From the NCBI RefSeq assembly GCF_964213995.1, contig NW_027590190.1, forward strand, positions 558,001 to 622,000: 64,000 nucleotides of DNA, given 5' to 3'. Each line of letters opens with the position of its first letter. Within the stretch, counting starts at the first letter, position 1. Source of the DNA: Mustelus asterias (Eukaryota). A program made the position numbers and the translations under genes. The notes beneath the pieces are model-generated. The model was not told where the DNA came from. It saw only the letters and a list, made by a program, of their open reading frames with translations, and ran no database searches. This document shows, one piece after another, positions 36,645 to 48,826 of this stretch.

Positions 36645-38255
36645 ACAGTACAGGAGCACACTGACCGTATAAGAGCCTCATCAGCCTGCAGGCTCCTGTT
36701 AAATACAGAGCAGTACAGGAACACACTGACAGTGTAACACAGCCTCATAAGCCTGCAGGCTCCTGTTAAATACAGAGCAGTACAGGAACACACTGACAGT
36801 GTAACACAGCCTCATAAGCCTACAGGCTCCTGTTAAATACAGAGCAGTACAGCAGTACATCAGTGACAAAAACGGTTGATGAAGGAAGGGCCGTGGATGT
36901 TGTCTATATGGATTTCAGTAAGGCATTTGACAAAGTCCCACATGGCAGGTTGGTTAAGAAGGTTAAGGCTCATGGGATACAAGGAGAAGTGGCAAGATGG
37001 GTGGAGAACTGGCTTGGCCATAGGAGACAGAGGGTAGTGGTCGAAGGGTCTTTTTCCGGCTGGAGGTTTGTGACCAGTGGTGTTCCGCAGGGCTCTGTAC
37101 TGGGACCTCTGCTATTTGTGATATATATAAATGATTTGGAAGAAGGTGTAACTGGTGTAATCAGCAAGTTTGCGGATGACACGAAGATGACTGGAATTGC
37201 GGATAGCGAAGAGCATTGTCGGGCAATACAGCAGGATATAGATAGGCTGGAAAATTGGGCGGAGAGGTGGCAGATGGAGTTTAATCCGGATAAATGCGAA
37301 GTGATGCATTTTGGAAGAAATAATGTAGGGAGGAGTTATACAATAAATGGCAGAGTCATCAGGAGTATAGAAACACAGAGGGACCTAGGTGTGCAAGTCC
37401 ACAAATCCTTGAAGGTGGCAACACAGGTGGAGAAGGTGGTGAAGAAGGCATATGGTATGCTTGCCTTTATAGGATGGGGTATAGAGTATAAAAGCTGGAG
37501 TCTGATGATGCAGCTGTATAGAACGCTGGTTAGGCCACATTTGGAGTACTGCGTCCAGTTCTGGTCGCCGCACTACCAGAAGGACGTGGAGGCATTGGAG
37601 AGAGTGCAGAGAAAGTTTACCAGGATGTTGCCTGGTATGGAGGGTCTTAGCTATGAGGAGAGATTGGGTAGACTGGGGTTGTTCTCCTTGGAAAGACGGA
37701 GAATGAGGGGAGATCTAATAGAGGTATACAAGATTATGAAGGGTATAGATAGGGTGAACAGTGGGAAGCTTTTTCCCAGGTCGGAGGTGACGATCACGAG
37801 GGGTCATGGGCTCAAGGTGAGAGGGGCGAAGTATAACTCAGATATCAGAGGGACATTTTTTACACAGAGGGTGGTGGGGGCCTGGAATGCGCTGCCAAGT
37901 AGGGTGGTGGAGGCAAGCACGCTGACATCGTTTAAGACTTACCTGGATAGTCACATGAGCAGCCTGGGAATGGAGGGATACAAACGATTGGTCTAGTTGG
38001 ACCAAGGAGCGGCACAGGCTTGGAGGGCCGAAGGGCCTGTTTCCTGTGCTGAACTGTTCTTTGTTGTTCTAGCAGCACACTGACAGTGTAAGAGTCTCAT
38101 TAGTCTGCAGGCTACTGTTGAGTACAGAGCAGTACATCAGCACACTGACAGTTAACACTGTTTCAGAGGCCTGCAGGCTCTTGTTAAAAACAGAGAAGTG
38201 CAGGAACACACTGACAGTGTAACACAGTCTCATCAGCCTGCAGGTTCCTGTTAAA
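36645..38255. repeat. 67-bp minisatellite (36645-36860 and 38072-38255) split by a CR1 insertion
   Basis: Unit CTGACAGTGTAACACAGCCTCATAAGCCTGCAGGCTCCTGTTAAATACAGAGCAGTACAGGAACACA at 36726 and 36793; continues after the LINE. Confidence 0.88.
36863..38070 (+). mobile_element. Young 5'-truncated CR1 LINE (uninterrupted 377-aa RT C-terminal ORF)
   Basis: DFSKAFDKVPH, GVPQGSVLGPLLF, YINDL, KFADD, LEYCVQFWSP; 3' stem-loop and TTGTTCT tail. Confidence 0.96.
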
Positions 38256-38888
38256 TTTGCTGAGACGATTTCAATTTAAACCAGGTTTGCAGGCATCATG
38301 TTCCATTCACATGTCAAAGAAGAGAGAGATGTTTTGGGACAGGGGTGAAGTCCAAGCAGACTTGTTTTTGGCTTTTTTGATCACAGGACTGTGACCGATA
38401 ACTTCCCTGGATCCCAGCGCCAGGAAAGACACTCTGGAAAATATGGGAGCTGAGAATTGTCCATGAGAATAACCAAAGGCGTGAGAACTGAAATAATCTC
38501 GAGTTCGAAATGAGAAAATGAAGCTGGTAGCAGGACATCAAGTCTCCTCTTCCATTGGAGAAATATTAACACAGCACTGCGCATTTCCATAAAAACTGAC
38601 TTAGTGACATTTATCTAGAATATCAATAACTCCTAGAACAGGGTTGGAGTTTAACATGAGCAGAAACACACAATGGAAGTGATTGACAGAATCCCACCCT
38701 TGCACAGAAACTTACTGATGTCTCAATAGCTGTGGTGACTGAATAAGTCCCTTCCCACAGACAGAGCAGGTGAGCATCCACTCTTCAACACGAATGCATT
38801 GGTGTGTCTGCAACTCACTCTTCTCTCATTCGTAATGTTTAAAAAGAAATTTTTCAGTGTGAACATGTTGATGCAAACTGAGAGTGTC

Positions 38889-39359
38889 TCACCGAGTGAA
38901 TTCCTTCCCACACTTGGAGCAAGGGAACGGCCTCTCCCCAGTGTGAACTCGCTGATGCCTCAGCAGAGTGGATGACTGAATGAATCCTTTCCCACACACT
39001 GAGCAGGTGAACGGCCTTTTTCCTGTGTGAGTCTGCTGATGTCTCATCAGGGTGGCTGACTGAGTGAATCCCTTCCCACACACAGAGCAGATGAATGGCC
39101 TCTCTCCAGTGTGTGTGTGTTGGTGTTGTTTCAAGTGCTTTTTGCTCTTAAAGCTCTTCTCACAGTTGGAACATTTTAAATGTCTCTTATTGGAATGAGA
39201 GCGTTGGTGTGACTGCAGGTGTTGTGACTGAACAAAACCTTTTCCACACACACAGCAGATGAACGGTCTCTCTCCTGTGTGACTGCGACGATGAGTTTCG
39301 AGATGGGAAGGATAATTGAATCCCTTCCCACAGTCCTCACATTTCCAAGGTTTCTCCAT
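38889..39359 (-). CDS. C2H2 zinc-finger protein ZNF-D (5 intact fingers; 6th cut by TGA)
   Basis: [27 protein letters not shown]...; acceptor CTCCTTTTACAG near 39693; degenerate fingers continue to ~38715. Confidence 0.8.
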   Translation of the reverse strand: MEKPWKCEDCGKGFNYPSHLETHRRSHTGERPFICCVCGKGFVQSQHLQSHQRSHSNKRHLKCSNCEKSFKSKKHLKQHQHTHTGERPFICSVCGKGFTQSATLMRHQQTHTGKRPFTCSVCGKGFIQSSTLLRHQRVHTGERPFPCSKCGKEFTR

Positions 39360-39744
39360 AGTGCCAGTGTCCTTGTGTCTCTCCAGGTTGGATGATCAGT
39401 TGAAGTCTTGTCCACACACAGAACATATGTACAGTTTCTCCCAGCTGTGAATGGTGTGATGTTTTTTCAGGCTGTGTAACTGGTTTAAGCTTTTTCCACA
39501 GTCAGTTCACTGGAACACTCTCACTCGGGTGTGTGTGTGTCTCAGTGCTTTTCCAGTCACACTGATGTTTGAAATTTTCTCCTCCAGGCAGAACAGACAA
39601 ACATTTCTCCTTCCACATTCAAAGTCTCAGGATATTCAGGTCCTAATAAATCGATACTCAGTCTGATTTTTATGTGATGTTTCCTCACCTCACCTGTAAA
39701 AGGAGTTAACAAAAATCGTCACAGTCAATCGAGATAGAAATTCA

Positions 39745-39945
39745 GTCCAAAGATGTGCGGGTTAGGTTGATTGGCCATGCAAAAAAAAAAATTGCCCTTC
39801 GTGTCCTGAGATGTGTAGTTTAGAGGGATTAGTGGGTAAATATGTAGGGATTTGGGGGTAGGGCCTGGGTGGGATTGTGGTCGGTGCAGACTCAATGGGC
39901 CGAATGGCCTCTTTCTGTACTGTAGGGTTTCTATGATTTCTATGA
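39745..39945 (+). mobile_element. V-SINE 3' half
   Basis: CCAAAGATGTGCGGGTTAGG...TGTAGGGTTTCTATGATTTCTATGA. Confidence 0.8.
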
Positions 39946-40332
39946 AATTCTGAACAGACAATTCTAGTTTCTCTGGAACTTTTTTTCCTCTCTCATTCCC
40001 CCAAATCTGTAAATCCCCGTCCCACACATTCTCCCTCCTCCCTGGGCTGAAATCCAAACCATTTCTTTCCTCCACTCCCAGTTTTCTCCCTCCCTCTCCT
40101 CTGTCTGGGTTCAGTTCTCCAGCTCCTGTCTGCAGACTGACAATAAAACCAATGGGTCTTATTGGGGGTGTTGGGTCTCCAGCGGGTGTTTGTGAATCCT
40201 CCCCGCCCACCTCCCAGGGTTTCCTTCCTTCCCAGAGATCAGAGTCCTCATTGATTTGAGGCCAAAGTGTAACCTCTTATTTATTGTCCCCCTCCCCCAT
40301 CCTCTGGTGTGAACCATCCTCCAGTGGCTGAG

Positions 40333-40890
40333 CCAGGATGGGGCCGTTAACCTGGGCCTGTTCCCGGGAGGGAGGGAGGGAGAAGCCCCGCAGCTGCAAA
40401 CCAGGGAGCTGACAATGATTCTGAAGGGTTTGCGGATCCACAAAGTGTTTCCAAATCCTCCCAGCCACCGCCTAACGCTGACTCCGCTTCTCCGGGACAA
40501 ACAAGCGCCAAGGACAGCAATGACACTGCGCATGCTCCACATCACAATGCCCGGGGACTGATTGTCGGCAGCTCCGAACCAATGGGAAGAGGGGGCGGGG
40601 CTGGAGGACCGAGCGGGAGTGGCTGGTCCTCCAACCAATCGGAGTGAATGAGGGGCGGGGCTGGAGGACCAACGCTCAGATAAAACCTGGTGGGGGCGGA
40701 GTCAACATCGCAGCAGCGGAGCCGGCGGTTGGAGATTGGGGAGGATCCGCAAACCCTTCAGAATCATTGTCAGCTCCCTGGTTTGCAGCTGCGGGGCTTC
40801 TCCCTCCCTCCCGGGAACAGGCCCAGGTTAACGGCCCCATCCTGGTTTGGGAGCTGGAGCATGCGCAGTGCCTGCGGCAGGCGGTAAGGA
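40333..40890. promoter_or_regulatory. CpG-rich bidirectional promoter bracketed by ~105-bp inverted repeats
   Basis: Arms 40333-40439 and 40743-40845; spacer has CCAAT x2, GGGGCGG x3, TGCGCATG; GTAAGG donor at 40884. Confidence 0.7.
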
Positions 40891-40924
40891 GCTCGAGCGA
40901 GCGGGTTTTAAATGGAGATTTTTA

Positions 40925-41472
40925 TAGAGTCAGAGGTTTACAGCCTGGAAACAGGCCCTTCGGCCCAACTTGTTCATGCTGCACTTTTTAAAACCCCTAA
41001 GCTGATCCCAATTGCCCGCATTTGGCCCATATCCCTCTGTACCCATCTTACCCATGTAACTGTCTCAATGCTTTTTAAAAGATAAAATTGTACCCACCTC
41101 TACTACTGCCTCTGGCAGCTTGTTCCAGACACTCACCACCCTCTGTGTGAACAAACTGCCCCTCTGGACACTTTTGTTTCTCTCCCCTCTCACCTTAAAC
41201 CTATGCCCTCTAGTTTTAGACTCTCCTACCTTTGGGAAAATATATTGACTATCTCGCTGATCTGTGCCCCTCATTATTTTATAGACCTCTATAAGGTCAC
41301 CCCTCAGCCTCCTACGCTCCAGAAAAACAAGTCCCAGCCTCTCCTTATAACTCAAACCATCAAGTCCGGTAGCACCCCAGTCAATCTCTTCTGCACTCTC
41401 TCTAGTTTAATAATACCCTTTCTATAATAGGGTGACCAAAACTGCACACAGTATTCCAAGTGTGGCCTTATT
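40925..41472 (-). mobile_element. CR1 LINE 3' fragment
   Basis: RPHLEYCVQFWSPYYRK; ERRRLRGDLIEVYKIMRG...TRGHRFKV; same subfamily as the 15348 copy. Confidence 0.9.
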
Positions 41473-42199
41473 GTTCTGACTTTTCCAACAGGGCTATTGA
41501 ATTTATTGGATAGATCTTCCAGGCATACTGAGCTGAATGGTTTCCATCTGTGCTGTATCATTCTGTAAAACAATGAATATTCAGAATCAGGAAGGGACAG
41601 AACGAGAGGAATCAGTGACTGTGATTGAATCCAGCCAGAGTCAAGGGGAGAGAGAGGAGATAAAGTAAAAGTTTCTAAATCTCTGTAGTCCCACAGGAGA
41701 ATTTAACATAGCAGATCATCAATTTGCAATTTGTGTTTATTTTTTAAAATTAATTTATCTCAATAGCTAACAATGTTATTTTATATTCATTGAGGTTAAA
41801 ATAGTGCTGCAGAGAAGGAGGTGCTGGAAGTCTTAAAGTACATCAAGGTAGATAAATCCCCAGGACTTGATGGAGTGGGAGGCTCGGGAGAAAATTGCAG
41901 GTCCTCTGGTGCCAGCAGGTTAGGTTGGTGTGGAAGCACTGGTCAGTGCCTTGGGCTGTGGCTCAGAGAGAGCGGGGCCCCCTGCACTGAGATACCCTGC
42001 CCTGCACAGCCCTGGGGGAAATGTGTCAGTGCCTCCCAGATAAGGATCCGCTTCACCGCCTCCTGCCCACTTGGGCCTGGAGTTAGTGCTGCCTGTGGGG
42101 AGGCAGGTGCAGCTCAGTGCCCTGAGAGTGGGGGAGCTGGGGCCTGCCTTCCCGACCCTCCCCTCCCCTCCCTCTATCCAGCGCCTCCTTGTCATTCAC

Positions 42200-43985
42200 A
42201 CCAAGTCCTGGTAGCATCCTCGTAAAACTTCTCTGCACACTTTCTAGTTTAATATTATCCTTCCTATAATAGGGTGACCAGAACTGTACACAGTATTCCA
42301 AATGTGGTCTTACCAATGTCTTGTACAACTTCAACAAATTGTGCCAACTTCTGCATTCAATGTTCTGACCAATGAAACCAAGCATGCCAAATGCCTTCTT
42401 CACCACTCTGTCCATCTGTGACTCCACTTTCAAGGAGCTATGAACCTGTACCCCATGATCTTTGTTCTATAACTCTCCTGAACTGAGTAAGTCCTGCCCT
42501 GGTTCGATCTACCAAGATGCATCACCTCGCATTTATCCAAATTAAACTCCATCTGCCATTCGTCAGCCCACTGGTCCAATTGATCAAGATAACTCTTCAC
42601 TGTCCATTATGCCACTAATCTTAGTGTCATCTGCAAACTTACTAACCACGCTGCCCATATTCTCATCCAAATCATGAATATAAATGACAAATAACAGTGG
42701 ACCCAGCACTGATCCCTGAGGCACACCGCTGGTCACAGTCCTCCCGTTTGAAAAACAATTCACTACAACCCATCCTCTGGCTTCTGTCAAGAAGTCATGA
42801 TGTGGAGGTGCCGGCGTTGGACTGGGATGAACACAATAAGAAGTCTCACAACACCAGGTTAAAGTCCAACAGGTTTATTTGGTAGCAAATACCATAAGCT
42901 TTCGGAGCACTGCTCCATCTGACGAAGGAGCAGTGCTCCGAAAGCTTGTGGTATTGGCTACCAAATAAACCTGTTGGACTTTAACCTGGTGTTGTGAGAC
43001 TACTTATTCTGTCAAGAAGCCAATTTTGTATCCAATTAGACACCTCACCCTGGATCCCGTGAGATTTAACCTTGTGTAGCAACCTACCGTGTGGTACCTT
43101 GTCAAAGGCCTTGCTTAAAGTCTTTGTCGATAACATCAACTGCACTCCCCTCACCTACCTTCTTGGTTACCCCTTCAAAAAAACTCAGTCAAGTTTGTGA
43201 GACATGATTTTCCACTCAAAGCTATGCAGAACTGTCCCTAATCAGTCCTTGCGTCTCTAAATGCCTGTGGATCAAAATACCTTCCAACAATTTACCCACC
43301 ACAGATGTGAGGCTCACTGGCCTGTAGTTCCCAGGCTTTTCCCTGCAGCCCTTTTTAAACAAAGGCACAACATTTGCCACACTCCAATCTTCAGGCACCT
43401 CACCCGTGACTATCGATGATTCAAATATCTCAGCTCGGGGAACTGCAATTTCCTCCCTCGCCTCACACAATGTTCTGGGATACACTTCTTCAGGTCCTGG
43501 GGATTTATCCACCTTGATGCACTTTAAGACTTCGAGCACCTCCTTCTCTGTAATATGTACGCTCCTCAAGACATCACTATTTCCCCAAGTTCCATGCTTT
43601 TCTCAACAGTAAATACTGATGAGAAATATTCATTATAGGATCTCACCCATCTCTTGTGGATCCTCACATAGGTGACCTTGTTGATCCTTAAGAGGCCCTC
43701 CTCTCTCCCTTGTTACTCTTTTGCCCTTTATGTATTTGTAGAAGCTCTTTGGATTCTCCTTTGCCTTATCTGCCAAAACAATCTTCTGTCCCCTTTTTGC
43801 CCTCCTGATTTATCGCTTAACTCTACTCCTACATCCCCTATACGCCAAGGGATTCACTTGATCCCAGCTCCCTATGCATGTCATCTGCCTCTTTCTTCTT
43901 CTTGACCAGGGCCTCAATATCCCGAGTCATCCAGGGTTCCCGACTTCTGCCAGCCTTGCCCTTCACTCTAAGAGGAACGTGTTTA
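42200..43985 (-). mobile_element. Degenerate CR1 ORF2 fragment
   Basis: KSPGPEEVYPRTL, ANVVPLFKKG...PGNYRPVSLTSVVGKLLE, GVPQGSVLGPLLF, KFADD. Confidence 0.92.
42795..43006. mobile_element. Palindromic Penelope-like mini-insertion with hammerhead (42915-42951) and 13-bp TSD
   Basis: TTCTGTCAAGAAG at 42782-42794 and 43007-43019; inverted pLTR halves. Confidence 0.88.
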
Positions 43986-44377
43986 CAAAGACTGAGTGCG
44001 GATGCAGAGCCCGAAATAAAACTGGAAACATAAATGGAGTTGGTGGGTGGGTGGTGAGGCTTTATAAACACCCGATGTTGGCCTCAATTAGCAAAGCAAA
44101 TTCCTTGGGCCTTCCGGAGGCTTCAGGACCGAGTTAATATCCACCATCTTTATAGGGATCCACGTACTGCAAAGTGCCTGCGCATCTGCCATCTTTATTG
44201 AGGGTAATTTGGAACAACGCATGCACAGCCACCGTATTTCTTGGGGGTGAAACCAAATGAATAACCCACAGGGGACAAAAAAAATCAGATTGATTTCATA
44301 ACAAACTGTTGTTGAAAACCGGAATTTAGGGTTACAGCCAACAACAACTTCTATTGATAAAACACCATTAATATCAG

Positions 44378-44697
44378 GGTGGTTAACACTGCCTCTCAGC
44401 TCCAAGGACCCAGGTTCGATTCCAGCCTTGGGTCACTGTCTGGGTGGAGTTTGCACGTTATCCCTGTGATTGTGTGGGTTTCCTCTGGGTGCTCTGGTTT
44501 CCTCCCACTGTACAAAGATGTGACGCTCAGAGGGATTGGCCATGCTATATTGCCCCTCCGTGTACAAAGATGTACAGGTAAGGTGGATTAGTGGGGTAAA
44601 AACATGGGTTACAGGTATAGATCAGGGGTAAAATATTCAGAGTTGGTGCAGACTTGATGGGCCAAATGCTTTCCTTCTGCACTGTAGGAATTCTTTG
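44378..44697 (+). mobile_element. V-SINE (HE1-like)
   Basis: Head, core and tail motifs as in the other copies. Confidence 0.8.
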
Positions 44698-44889
44698 AGA
44701 AGTCATCCCTGTGCACTGAAGGTCTAGTCACTAATGGTGGAGTGATTAAAATAGGGAATGTGCAGGAAGCCAGAATTGGAGCAATGCTGGAGGTGATTCC
44801 AGAGATAGGGAAGAAAAGGCCTTGGAGTGATTTGGAAAAATTAGTTGTGAGGATGAATGAAAAATATGCAACATTTCATTTCGATCTCC

Positions 44890-45200
44890 TAGAATCCGAC
44901 AGTGCAGAAGGAGGCCATTCGGCCCATCGAGTCTGCACTGACCACAATCCCGTCCACGCCCTATCCCCATTAGCCAATGCATTTACCTGAGCTAGTCCCC
45001 CTGACACTAGGGGTAATTTGGCATAGCCAATTCACCTAACCTGCACCTGTTTGGACTGTGGGAGGAAACCAGAGCACTTGGTGAAAACCCATGCAGACAT
45101 GGGGAGAATGTGCAAACAGACTGTGACCCAAGCTGGGAATCAAACTTGGGTCCTTGGTGCTGTGAGGCAGCAGTGCTAACCACTGTGCCACCGTGCTGCC
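44890..45200 (-). mobile_element. V-SINE (HE1-like), convergent with the 44378 copy
   Basis: Reverse complement begins GGGCAGCACGGTGGCACAGTGGTTAGCACTGCTGCCTCACAGC. Confidence 0.85.
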
Positions 45201-45348
45201 CTCAACTCAGGGAGGAGGGAGAGTGTGTGGGACATAGATTTACTGTTTTGGGGAACAAGAACAGAAAAGTTGTTCCCTTTGAAATTAGACTTGTCTGATC
45301 AGAATTTCTATCCTGGACTGACAGTAGTTTTGTAAACTCCTTTTGCAG

Positions 45349-46156
<808 letters not shown>

Positions 46157-46924
46157 TGCAGGGAGTGGATTCTGCTGTAGCTGCTGCTGTTAATCACATC
46201 CAGGAGTGAGCCACATTCATTCTGACATTTGAGGTTTGTTTCTGCTGATAATAATCCCTGTAACTGGGCTGGAGTTTAATATTCTGGATCTAGAGCTGAT
46301 TGTGTTTTCAGGATTGCCATTTCCCTTTAAGAACTGCTGTCTGTGATCTTTCCCCATCAGTCAGGAACTCGCATCACTGCTTCTTTACAGTGCAGAAAGA
46401 AAATTCACCAGTTCCCTCATTTGCATCAAGCGGGTCAAAGATCCCTAAGATCTTAATGACTGCCCCCAATAAAGATGGCGATGTGTGGATGGGTGATCAC
46501 CATCTTTGTAAGGGGCAAATTGTCAGTGAATGGGAGGGGCTTGTTCCCCATTGTTCAGAATGGAGACAACTTGTCCATCAAACTGCATCAACACTCTGAG
46601 TCCCAATGTCTTATTGAGGCAGTGCGTTGCCACAGAAGGTTAGAACTAAAGAAAAAATCACAAGATCTTTTATTTATATTTTAAGGGCAAGAGGGTAATC
46701 GGGAAAAGAGTAGGTTGGTTAGGAACCAATTGCCCATTAGACAACTTTGGTGTGGAGCCGGAAGATGTATTTGAGGTACTAAATGAGTATTTTGCATCTG
46801 TGTTCACTGTGTGGAAGGACAATGTAGGTACAGAAAGCAGGGATGGGTGTGTGATAGAATTGAACAAATTGTCATTGGTGGTGTGGTAAATAGCGAGGAG
46901 GACAACCTCGGATTACATGGAACA

Positions 46925-47120
46925 CACAGAACATAGTACAGTACAGGCCCTTCGGCCCTTGATGTTGTGCTGAGCTTTGTCCAAAATCAAGCTATCCCAC
47001 TCTCTATCATCCTGGTGTGCTCCATGAGCCTATCCAATAACCGCTTAAATGTTCCTAAAGTGTCTGACTCCACTATCACAGCAGGTAGTCCATTCCACAC
47101 CCCAACCACTGAGTAAAGAA
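46925..47120 (-). mobile_element. CR1 3' terminal fragment
   Basis: VVGVWNGLPAVIVESDTLGTFKRLLD and AGGCCCTTCGGCCC tail motif. Confidence 0.75.
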
Positions 47121-47529
47121 TCAAACCCCTCCCCATTACCCACACATCAGTCAACCCACTTTCTCTCTCTTCTCCCCCCCCCGTACCCAGACTGATCGTC
47201 CTCCTCCTCCTCTTACCCCCCACCCCCCCCCCCCCAAACCAGAGAATGATCTGACCCTCTTCTCCTCCCGCCCCCCCCCCCCCCCCCCCACTGATCTGAG
47301 TCAGAGCCGTTGGAAACACTGAACGTGCCCTTCAGAAGCTGGAGAACCCGATTCAGACTTTTATTGAGCAGGTCCATTACGGTGCGGTTCCGGATTGGCA
47401 AACGCGGTGGTGAAGGGGGAAAGTTGGGCGGGCAGTTCATTCATTCAATTTAAATCGCCATTGCACCTGTTTTGGGCGCAAAGCGGATCACCGCCATTCC
47501 GGGTTTCGGTAAAGTGGCAATCTGCACAG

Positions 47530-48826
47530 ACGCAGGTGCAGATCGTACCCGAGGGAGAGGGCACTGAGGAGGGCTGGTGCCCCAGTCAGGAGGGAGGGAG
47601 TGCCGGTGTTGGGGGCAGCAGCAGTGGGGAGGGGGACTTTACTCTTCCAGCTCTCTTGGGCGCAAACTAAGTCCAGGGTGTCTTCCCCCCCCCCCCCCCC
47701 CCTCCCCCCCCCGGTGCAGTCTTCCCTCCCGTAGGTGGAAAAAAGTAAAGAAAGAGTGTGTCTCCGTGTCCTCTTTCCCTCTCTCCCTCCAGGGAGAGAG
47801 CACCCTCCAGCGGACCGCAGGCAGGCGATAGCTCACCTTCCTCCCCTTCCCTCCTCCCTTCTTCCTTGCAGGAAGCCAACAATTCTGCAGAAACAATAGA
47901 AAACGGGCGTCTCCAGCAAGCAAGCTCCAAGAAAGTGTGTTACTCACAGATGTTGCCCTCTTTTAAGGTCAAACCAAATAAACAAACTCAGGTTAAGTCA
48001 GGACAAAGTAAACGGGGCAGCTCCCCAAAAGGAGGGGGAACAGCCCGAACAGAAATCAAAGTACAAAGGAAACTTAAAGATCAATTTAAAATGTGATTAT
48101 TAGGGTCAATAATGCACCCCAACCTCTGCGGTGCTCAACGGGCGCGGAAAGTGTCAACCGCGCCCGTGGACACCGCATGCTCCCTCTCCAGGGACACCTG
48201 GCCGTGAACGTAGCTGCGGTAGAGGGACAGACAGTCAGGATGGACGGCCCCCTCGATCGCCCGCTGCCTGGACCGGTAAATGGTGTGTTTCGCCAGGCCC
48301 AGGAGCAGGTTCATGAGGAGGTCGCCATCCCGACCCTCTCCTCTCCGCACCGGGTGTCCGTAGATCAGGAGCGTGGGACTGAAGTGCAGACAAAACATCA
48401 ATAAAAGGTTCTTTAGGAAAACATAAAAGGAGTGCAGCCTAAGACACACAGCATAGACATGGTCCACGGACTCCACAAGGCCACAGAAAGGGCAGTCTTT
48501 GGAGCCCGTGAACCAGTGAATCCTACGGTTGTGCGGAACTGCTGCATGCATCACCCTCCACCCCAGGTCCCCGACGTAATTGGGGGAGATCTCTCCGTAG
48601 AGGGACCTCCACTGGGGACCTCCGCTGCCCATGGCAACAAGGCCCGCCAAGGTGTATCCGGGCGAGGGTGTGGTACTGGAAGGTGTGCAGCAGCAGCCCG
48701 CACAGGAAACGCCTCCGCGCGGTAGAAAAAGGCACGGAGGACATTTCCGCGAGGCGGCTCAGGCTGTGGGGCACCTCACCCAGGGAGGGGGGTTGAGGCT
48801 TTGGGCCAATGTGGAATTCCGTCTGA
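47530..48826 (-). mobile_element. Tx1-clade LINE: ORF2 3' end, 3' UTR and adjoining 5'-UTR-like sequence
   Basis: DLGWRVMHAAV...CPFCGLVESVDHVY..C (C-terminal CCHC), NLLLGLAK..IY..R; near-duplicate of 56650-58145. Confidence 0.85.

Noticed and set aside
36645-38255. CRISPR-like array
   Set aside because: Contiguous tandem units without unique spacers; vertebrate DNA.
39500-39515. Selenocysteine zinc finger (conserved TGA at a Cys position)
   Set aside because: The same leaders carry other stops consistent with CGA>TGA decay and frameshifts at a CA run; no SECIS was recognised. An inherited nonsense mutation is simpler. A SECIS search of ZNF 3' UTRs would settle it.
41900-42198. GC-rich segment within a 134-aa ORF between CR1 pieces
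   Set aside because: No recognisable domain; the ORF begins in CR1 sequence; likely filler DNA.
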